DNA from: a virus
Virus record (IMG/VR): IMGVR_UViG_3300034104_005002
Span: 1-64,000 of that record
Strand: one strand, 5' to 3'
Length of the DNA: 64,000 nucleotides
In this document: one piece after another, positions 56,871 to 64,000 of the stretch
Layout of the letters: the number at the start of each line of letters is the position of its first letter
Numbering within the stretch: position 1 is the stretch's first letter
Notes under the pieces: model-generated
Database searches by the model: none
Seen by the model: only the letters and a program-made list of their open reading frames with translations
Told to the model about the DNA's origin: nothing
Made by a program: the position numbers and the translations under genes

Positions 56871-58127
56871 TCAATAAATCTCTTTCCACCTCAAAGAAAC
56901 ACCAACATTTGTTGAATTAGAACCAATATTGGTAACTATTACAGAAAAAATCTCAGAATTGGTTGAATTATAATTCTGAGACAAGAAATTTTTCTTTGAT
57001 GTGGGGCCAGATTGAATGTTAGAAGAAGTTGCGGCTGGTTTATTTACATTTTGACTGTCACCAGAAGCATATCCACTCATAAAATCCTCAAATAGAGTTG
57101 TTCCAACTCCGGTTGCAGTTTGGTTGTATTCAACAACAGATTCGGGGTGTTCAGAAATCCAGGTCCCGGTTGTACTCAAACCCACGGCACTATTAATTTT
57201 TACTACCTCATACTTTATATTTGATCCAACACTAAAAACTGAAATATCCTCTAATTTTACCGTAGCTCTATTTGGATAACCTTTAAAAGAATTTTTAAGT
57301 TTAATTGCCAGAACAGGAACTGTTGATCCAACACCAACAGATCTTAAAGAAGTTGCATGAGAAAATTCTCTTCCAGCCTCTGTATAACCACCCTCACTCA
57401 TCACAGTAGAGCAAATTTGGATAAAAGACCCCCCAGCACCAACTTGAGTTCCAGTGTTTCTAATTTCACATCTTACTGGGAGATTGGGATTTGACATGTA
57501 AACGGTATCAACATTATTAGAATTATAAAATTCATGTGCAACAATATTCTTACCATCAAGACTAAATCCACAACGAACTCTACCAACACCAAGCCATTCA
57601 AAATCGGTAAAGAAAAGTTGAGTTTTTGTAATGTCTAAATCAAATCCAGAGACGCCACTTCCATCAAGTTGATCTTTGTTCCATTGAGATTGTGGAATTC
57701 TTCTTTCCGAATTACCAATACCGGCATTAACAAAAGAACGAATTACAAAATTAAGATTTCCATTTTGATCCTGTTCAAAATAAATTCCGTCCCTATCATC
57801 AAAATAACCGGTCCTCTTGATTACATTTTGTTGAGGTTGTCCAAAGTTAAAAGAGGAGTAAATCAATTGAGATTTACCTGGCATATAATGATGATATCTT
57901 TTTGTCTGATGAATTGTATAACCATTAGTAGAAATACCAGATTGAAGATTCGCGGCTGCCTGGTTGACGTTAAAAGTCAATGTGGCGCCGATTCCAGAAT
58001 AAACATCAATAAAATCTGGATCAATTGAATAAAGATGTTTATAATCACCTAGGGTAAATGGCTCAGAAACTCTTGCCCTACCAAAAGCATCATCTTGAGG
58101 TTTATATGGTTCATAAAGGTGTGACAT
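56871..58127 (-). CDS. Putative virion structural protein
   Basis: DAFGR.RVS.P, Y.PGKSQ, WLGVGRVR.G and NLPVR.EI motifs. Confidence 0.7.
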   Translation of the reverse strand: MSHLYEPYKPQDDAFGRARVSEPFTLGDYKHLYSIDPDFIDVYSGIGATLTFNVNQAAANLQSGISTNGYTIHQTKRYHHYMPGKSQLIYSSFNFGQPQQNVIKRTGYFDDRDGIYFEQDQNGNLNFVIRSFVNAGIGNSERRIPQSQWNKDQLDGSGVSGFDLDITKTQLFFTDFEWLGVGRVRCGFSLDGKNIVAHEFYNSNNVDTVYMSNPNLPVRCEIRNTGTQVGAGGSFIQICSTVMSEGGYTEAGREFSHATSLRSVGVGSTVPVLAIKLKNSFKGYPNRATVKLEDISVFSVGSNIKYEVVKINSAVGLSTTGTWISEHPESVVEYNQTATGVGTTLFEDFMSGYASGDSQNVNKPAATSSNIQSGPTSKKNFLSQNYNSTNSEIFSVIVTNIGSNSTNVGVSLRWKEIY

Positions 58128-58787
58128 TTAGATGACTCTCCAAGAATTATTTCTCCAAATGAAGGTAAGAGATCCAAAATTATAAGCAAGAATTGCCCGA
58201 TCTCTTCCATCAATTAAATCTGAACTTGATGGTAAAATAGTGATGTATCGATTGGTTCCTTTGGATGCTTCTCCTAACTCGTCCTTTACAACAAAAATCT
58301 TCCCCTCTCTTTCGGCTTTAGGAAGTACAATTGTTACTGCACCTGAGAAATTTACTCCAATATAATAGTCTTGTGGAACTATTTGATAAAAAGAAGAAGT
58401 TACGGATGTCATTGGAACATCCATAAAAGTCAGATTAGTTTCACCACCTCCACCTAGGGTAGAGAGCTGTTGTTGAACCCGATCAATAAAGATCTTATAG
58501 TGCTTTTGGAATTCTTCTAGAGTAAGAAAGTTTTGATTAAGAGGAGTTAACGGATCAGAATTATTTGTTTTAATTGGTTCCGCAAGAAGCCCCAGGGATT
58601 TTTGAATGAGAGTTGGTTGACCAAAAGATGTCTCTTCTTTTTTCTTCTTTTTTGGTCTAGATTTCTGTTCGATTAGGGGTTTAACAAAAGATTCTTCAAA
58701 GGAATTGGATATTAATTCATCCAATTCCTCCTTGGCCTTTCTTTTTTCTTCAGATACTAGTTTAAAGAAATCTGAAAGATCACTCAT
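58128..58787 (-). CDS. Putative virion protein
   Basis: QQLSTLGGGGE, DYYIGVN and VKDE.G motifs. Confidence 0.65.
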   Translation of the reverse strand: MSDLSDFFKLVSEEKRKAKEELDELISNSFEESFVKPLIEQKSRPKKKKKEETSFGQPTLIQKSLGLLAEPIKTNNSDPLTPLNQNFLTLEEFQKHYKIFIDRVQQQLSTLGGGGETNLTFMDVPMTSVTSSFYQIVPQDYYIGVNFSGAVTIVLPKAEREGKIFVVKDELGEASKGTNRYITILPSSSDLIDGRDRAILAYNFGSLTFIWRNNSWRVI

Positions 58788-58929
58788 TTACGTTAAACAT
58801 ACTAGCAGCAACTTCTGGTCGGTATTCATCAATTTTTTCTACTGCCTTGACAGAAAGAATATTTTTGATTGCATCGCTGATAGCAGAAGGAGATTCATCC
58901 TCAATAATGGCATTAATTAGTTCTTCCAT
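58780..58929 (-). CDS. Small prohead core protein (gp67-like position)
   Basis: Translated by hand: MEELINAIIEDESPSAISDAIKNIL..; directly after gp20 with a late promoter. Confidence 0.65.
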   Translation of the reverse strand: MEELINAIIEDESPSAISDAIKNILSVKAVEKIDEYRPEVAASMFNVNE

Positions 58930-58955
58930 GGTTGTTTATAATGAACTGCTACTAT

Positions 58956-60635
58956 TTAGATGTCGCCACCTTTTGGCATTTCTACTGCCTTTGTTTTGAC
59001 TTCTGGTTCTGTTGGAACCTTACCCATATCACCTTCAATTTCCTCTGGTGGTGGTTCTGCGAGAGGCTGCCCGGTTTCTGGATCAATAGGAATAGAAGGA
59101 TCTGGGATAACTCCGGTCTCAATTTCCTTTTGAATCAGAGCATCTTGTTCAACAATTTCTTCATCAGTCTGTCTAAGAACTTTCCTTCTAACATAATCCT
59201 GGGAATAAAATCTTCCAATATAAGGCTCGGCCATTGAGACCATATTCAGTCTTTCGGTGAGAAGCTCAGATTCTTTGAGTTCTGCAAAATGATTATCATA
59301 AAGGAAATCAAATTGAATATGCTCACTCATCTCGGCCCAATCTTCTGGAGTAATAATATTCTTAAGAATCAATTGAGTTCTTAGGAGGTCCACAAACAAC
59401 CTAGAGAATCGTTTTCTAAGTCTCCCCACAAACTTTGAAAACTTAACTTCGTCTCTGAGAATTTCTGAAGACCTACCTAGGTTAAAACCACTTTCACCAT
59501 CAATTCTTGAGGACGGAACATTCAATGACTTATAAAGTTTTCTCTGGAAATAATTAAGGTCAGTTAGTTCTCCAAGATTCTGTGATCCAGGGAGAGTAGT
59601 TACCTCAGTTCCTCTTCCACCTTCTCGTCTTGGAAGCCAATAATCATCCATAAGACTCTGGAATCTTCTGTCGTTTGAAACTTCTCCGGTTTCAATATTA
59701 TAATTCATCTTATTTCGGTATCTCATCATTGTTTCTCTGAGATACTGCTCGGCCTTGACTTTGGGCATATTACCCACATCAATATAGAAAATTCTTCTCT
59801 CGGTCCCTCTAACCATTCGATAAATTACAATACTATCCTCAATCATTCTAAGTTGATTAAGAGATTTAATTGCCTTATTAAGATAAGAAAGAGTAATATT
59901 TTTATTGCGATCAATCAGACCAGAAGTACAAAAAGTTACACTATCTTTGGCTAGTTTAATTTCACCATCATTATCATTTCTTGCTGAAGAAATATTGGTT
60001 CCAGAATTTGGATAAGATGGTCTTGGACTATAAAGAAAATATTCCTCCATTTCGGGGAACTTATAAGTCATTGGATCACTATTTCTAGGATCGTGCTGAA
60101 GAATTCTATTATTACTCTTATCTTGCTTGGCCTTTCGGATATACCTCATCTTCAGGCTGTCAATATACCGAAGTTCTTGAATTCCTAGTTCTGGTTTTTT
60201 AAGATCAATAACCTTATGGTAATAAAGTCTACCATCAACATACCAATTTCTATAAATCTCATGACATTTTTTATCAAAATCAAGAAGTTTTAGAACGTGT
60301 TTAAATTCCTCTCTGATTTTTGTCTTAATACCATCACTAGCATTTAGATTAGACAATTCAATCTGAACCGGACTGTCATAAGTATCAGAAACAATTGCCT
60401 CATTTACAATATCTTCAATGGCCTCGTCCACCTCTGGGTGAAGTGCCATTTCTCGATAACGTTTGATTAATTCAAATTCGTTTCTATAAACACCCTCAAT
60501 ATCAACATAAGAGCCAAAAAACCCAGACGTTAGATAATAATCTGCCCCGTCCTCGGCATTTTGAGGAACGGGGGAGATTGTACTTGGGGTTAATTCGGTG
60601 CGATCATTAATCGAGAAACCAAATAACTTTGCCAT
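58956..60635 (-). CDS. gp20: Portal vertex protein (gp20)
   Basis: YREMALHPEVD, WYVDGR, ERRIFYIDVGNMPK.KAEQY, YWLPRREGGRGTE. Confidence 0.98.
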   Translation of the reverse strand: MAKLFGFSINDRTELTPSTISPVPQNAEDGADYYLTSGFFGSYVDIEGVYRNEFELIKRYREMALHPEVDEAIEDIVNEAIVSDTYDSPVQIELSNLNASDGIKTKIREEFKHVLKLLDFDKKCHEIYRNWYVDGRLYYHKVIDLKKPELGIQELRYIDSLKMRYIRKAKQDKSNNRILQHDPRNSDPMTYKFPEMEEYFLYSPRPSYPNSGTNISSARNDNDGEIKLAKDSVTFCTSGLIDRNKNITLSYLNKAIKSLNQLRMIEDSIVIYRMVRGTERRIFYIDVGNMPKVKAEQYLRETMMRYRNKMNYNIETGEVSNDRRFQSLMDDYWLPRREGGRGTEVTTLPGSQNLGELTDLNYFQRKLYKSLNVPSSRIDGESGFNLGRSSEILRDEVKFSKFVGRLRKRFSRLFVDLLRTQLILKNIITPEDWAEMSEHIQFDFLYDNHFAELKESELLTERLNMVSMAEPYIGRFYSQDYVRRKVLRQTDEEIVEQDALIQKEIETGVIPDPSIPIDPETGQPLAEPPPEEIEGDMGKVPTEPEVKTKAVEMPKGGDI

Positions 60636-60665
60636 AATTTAAATTTTAAGATCACCCTATTTAGG

Positions 60666-61286
60666 TTACTTAACTGGCCTGTTTGCCTGATCTGCTGGAC
60701 TACCGGCTTCCCACCAGTTTACTTGGAAATCGACAGTAAACCGCTCGATTTCATTGTTGGTTCCATAAGATAGATCAATTGCTGATACATTGGAAGGCCA
60801 AATATCATACATTTTATAGGTTCTTAGTGGAGTAAGAGAACTATTATTTTGGGCAGTACTAGCAGTATCAGAAAAACTAGTAGAACCCCGACCAAGTTGA
60901 TGGACCAAGGCATCAACCATATAAGCATTTGGTGAAGTAGCACCAGTTGCATTTTCAAGTTTGTTGATTAGATTAGCCCAGAGTTCAAATGCAGAACGGA
61001 GCCTGAAGTCCTCATCGTTGATTACGGTTACTGACCAGATATCAATAGTACGGTCTCCGGCCACTTTCATAATACGACCCCTGAAAGGAATATTGATTGG
61101 ATCAATATTTGATGCTGGCATTGAGGTTGCATCACAAAGAAATTTAAAGGATGTTTTTTCCTCTGTTCCCCAAATACCACTAAGGGAATTTGGAAAACTT
61201 GGAATTTCAACCTCAAACAGATTAGGGCGAGCACCACCACCTTTTAGGGCTGATTTAAAACCGTTGATTGTGCGTAAAGTAGACAT
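60666..61286 (-). CDS. gp19: Tail tube protein (gp19)
   Basis: GGGARPNLFEV, FRGR..KVAGDR, W..TVIND. Confidence 0.95.
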   Translation of the reverse strand: MSTLRTINGFKSALKGGGARPNLFEVEIPSFPNSLSGIWGTEEKTSFKFLCDATSMPASNIDPINIPFRGRIMKVAGDRTIDIWSVTVINDEDFRLRSAFELWANLINKLENATGATSPNAYMVDALVHQLGRGSTSFSDTASTAQNNSSLTPLRTYKMYDIWPSNVSAIDLSYGTNNEIERFTVDFQVNWWEAGSPADQANRPVK

Positions 61287-61321
61287 TTTAGAAAATCCTC
61301 CTTAAGTTAATGGGTTTATAA

Positions 61322-63502
61322 TTAAACTCGTCCAGTCACTTCTTCAAAGCTAACCCCAGTTCTAGTAGCAACGAATGTAAGAGTTACATAGTTGATAGAC
61401 TTGGTGGGCTTTAGGAAAATGTCTGCTCTAAATTCATTATTATCAATAACATCTGGAGTGTTATTAGTTTCGTCACAGATCACCCGGAAATCAATCAGAC
61501 CTCGTTTTGCCTGAACATCCCTTAGATAGGGCTCAACAATGTTGATAAAGTTTGCTCTGGTAATGGCATCATTCAGCTCAAAGAGTTGAGCCTGAGCAGT
61601 TCTTTCAAGAGCCTGTTCAACAGTAAGGAATAGCTTTCTGACATTGATACGATCAAATGCTGAGGCAAATCCAAGAGCAGTTCTGTCACCAAACAGAAGA
61701 GCCCCGATACCAGGCTGGTTTACAATGGAATTGATCCGTAGAGGATACAAACGATCTCTCTGGGCCTTGTTTGGATTGTAGGCCAGTTTGATAGCATTGT
61801 TTAGGATACCTCTTTGCTGACCAGCAGGAGAGAACCAAGGATAAAGTTCAATCGCGGTTCTTACCATTAGACCTGCAACGTCAGCATTGCAAGGAATGTA
61901 ACGGAACTTGTTATTGAAACGATCAAATGTGTACTTATAACCGCTATCAAAAACAGCATAGGAAGAAGAACTCAATGGGGAGAAGAACTCAATAATCTCA
62001 TCGGTTTGCTGATTTGAGTCACTGATGTCTACTACATCGCCCCGATGAGGAGAAATCACTGCAATACAATCCTTACGATTATTCGCAATTGAAATCAGTT
62101 CTTGGGCCTTTGCCTGTGATTCAAATTTATTACCAAGACCAGGACCCATAATTAGATAATCAACCTCAATTTCATCTCGGTTAGAGAAGAGGCGATATGC
62201 ACTAACAAGACCACCCAGAGTTGCGGTGTAGCCATCAGTTGGTGTGTAGTTCTTACCACCAGAGAGATTGTAAGTAACGTTTCCTAGGGCACTGAAGGTC
62301 TTGTCTTGGGCAGGAAGATTCCATTGACCCTGTGAAGTGGAAAGACCAGTAAAACCAGAGGCAAATCCAGTTTGTACTACTACTTCATTTGGATTAGAAT
62401 TGTCTGAAGGGTTATCGCCAGCATAAACATAATTGGAGAACTGGGCGATGTAAATCTTCCAGAAATTCTTCTGCGCAGGATTTACTGCAGAAATTGCATC
62501 AGATGCCTTGGAGAGGAACAGATGCTTCTCTATCAGATTACCTTGAATTCCGGTTACGCTACCGCTATCGTCAACAATGGCAACATGAATGGAATCATTT
62601 TTGGCACTACGCTCTAGGGCAAACTGAGTAGTGGTTGGTTTAGGAGCAATAGAACTCCATAGAATTCGGCTATTATCCAGCTCAAGGAATTGCTCATCAT
62701 ACCAGTCTTTTACTGAACTAGCAGCAAGAGTATGAGTAGTGGTAGCAGAACCTGAGCTGTTTACAACTGAAATGGTATTGCCAGCCAGAATAGAAGCCGC
62801 CTGATTTCTTTGCTGATAAGTTACTGGGATATCTACAGTAGTACCAGAGGCAACAACCGAGGTGATTTTTACGTCAAGAGTGGAAGCCCCAACTCCGGTA
62901 ATAATACCCTTCAGGTGGCCATTAAAGAGGCTAGTTGACCCGGCTCCGGCAATGACCTGATTAGTAAGAGCAACTGTTACACCAAAACCAACTGATGCGG
63001 CAGATCTGGTAGAAGAGTTTACAGTCAGAATTTGGTCAGCTTTGTCATCAATCACACAAACTTTTAGGCCATTTGCCCAAGTACCAGGAGTCTTGGCAGC
63101 AAAGACGTAGTTGGCCAGATCATCATCATAATTTAGTTCATAATCATCAAAGTTTTTGATTTTTAGAGTCGGTTCTCCGGCAGTAGAAACACCAGCAGCA
63201 TTGCGAATTGCATTCGCAGTAACCAGATTGTCGTCATCAACTCTGGCTACTTTAAGAATACCGCCATAAGATAGATAAGAGGATGCTGAAATCCAATATT
63301 CATATTGAGAGTCTTCATTTTTTGGTTTACCAAAAACGTTGATAAGTTCCTGTTCTGTGGTGATGTCTACTGCTTCTTCGACAGGACCAATTGGAAAAGG
63401 TCCAGCAATAGCGCCAATATTATCTAAAATATTGTCAACACGACCTACTGTGAGATCAACTTCCCTAATTAGAACCCCAGGAGATAATTGAGGTGTAGCC
63501 AT
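61322..63502 (-). CDS. gp18: Tail sheath protein (gp18)
   Basis: SPGV..RE.DLT, PWFSPAG..RG, FDRINVR.LF, CDETNNTP. Confidence 0.97.
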   Translation of the reverse strand: MATPQLSPGVLIREVDLTVGRVDNILDNIGAIAGPFPIGPVEEAVDITTEQELINVFGKPKNEDSQYEYWISASSYLSYGGILKVARVDDDNLVTANAIRNAAGVSTAGEPTLKIKNFDDYELNYDDDLANYVFAAKTPGTWANGLKVCVIDDKADQILTVNSSTRSAASVGFGVTVALTNQVIAGAGSTSLFNGHLKGIITGVGASTLDVKITSVVASGTTVDIPVTYQQRNQAASILAGNTISVVNSSGSATTTHTLAASSVKDWYDEQFLELDNSRILWSSIAPKPTTTQFALERSAKNDSIHVAIVDDSGSVTGIQGNLIEKHLFLSKASDAISAVNPAQKNFWKIYIAQFSNYVYAGDNPSDNSNPNEVVVQTGFASGFTGLSTSQGQWNLPAQDKTFSALGNVTYNLSGGKNYTPTDGYTATLGGLVSAYRLFSNRDEIEVDYLIMGPGLGNKFESQAKAQELISIANNRKDCIAVISPHRGDVVDISDSNQQTDEIIEFFSPLSSSSYAVFDSGYKYTFDRFNNKFRYIPCNADVAGLMVRTAIELYPWFSPAGQQRGILNNAIKLAYNPNKAQRDRLYPLRINSIVNQPGIGALLFGDRTALGFASAFDRINVRKLFLTVEQALERTAQAQLFELNDAITRANFINIVEPYLRDVQAKRGLIDFRVICDETNNTPDVIDNNEFRADIFLKPTKSINYVTLTFVATRTGVSFEEVTGRV

Positions 63503-63552
63503 TTGTACTCCCTTTATATACTTGCTATTAATTATTTAGAAAAAAGGAGAGC

Positions 63553-63996
63553 TTAATAACTATAATCCCACAAAGAAACAAGTTCATCCGGAGAAACTAC
63601 ATTCCAGAGTAAATCTTTTTCAACAAAGGTCTCGGGCTCTATTCCGGTTTCTATAAAACCTATTGGTAAAATACTGTCATCTTCTTCACGCTCTTCATTT
63701 TCTTTAAATAATCTTTTTCTTATATCGTCATCAGTGATTTCTCGGAAGTATTCTTGGGTGGAAGCCCAGGAAAAAGTAACAAGACAATCAACCAAGTCGT
63801 CATTTTTCCCTTCTTCGGCCTTAAAGGTATTTGATTTTTGGACAAAGGTGAAGAGTTCGCTGATCGTGTCATAATCTTCAATGATTAATTTATCTGATTC
63901 AAGTAACATTTTTAAATTGAGAGATCCGATTTTCTTCACATTAGCGGACATTTTTACACCATAATCAACTCTGTCTCCACCAAATCCCTGCCCCAA
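63553..63996 (-). CDS. gp17: Terminase large subunit (gp17), C-terminal part; gene starts outside the window
   Basis: GVKM...VKKIG..NLK...E.DKL, ISEL.TF, AEEG.NDDLV; upstream of gp18. Confidence 0.9.
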   Translation of the reverse strand: MGQGFGGDRVDYGVKMSANVKKIGSLNLKMLLESDKLIIEDYDTISELFTFVQKSNTFKAEEGKNDDLVDCLVTFSWASTQEYFREITDDDIRKRLFKENEEREEDDSILPIGFIETGIEPETFVEKDLLWNVVSPDELVSLWDYSY

Positions 63997-64000
63997 AACC

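Overview
This 64 kb, AT-rich window comes from a T4-like myovirus, most likely a cyanomyovirus (Kyanoviridae-like gene order and content). Almost all genes are on the minus strand. From right to left it holds the head/tail morphogenesis module (gp17 end, gp18, gp19, gp20, gp21, gp22, gp23, gp3), recombination and replication genes (uvsY, uvsW, gp55, gp47, gp46, gp45, gp44, gp62, regA, gp43, uvsX, gp41, mazG, gp61), class Ia ribonucleotide reductase, an endolysin, and an accessory region with an NAD+ salvage operon, a Thg1-like enzyme and a non-canonical tRNA-Pro. The most striking feature is nrdA. It is broken into three ORFs that appear to be rejoined in trans by two different split inteins, one with an atypical short IntN and one conventionally split. 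A related HNH-like endonuclease gene sits in each gap, and the predicted spliced product is about 765 aa. Other highlights are a covarying AUAGA-loop hairpin at an identical distance from the ribosome-binding site of both NAD-salvage genes, an intein inside NAMPT, a GC-rich island of four tandem variable paralogs inside the head operon, a palindromic motif at fixed spacing from early promoters, and late proteins with T4-like capsid-targeting N-termini. All calls rest on motif recognition by eye; no database searches were run.
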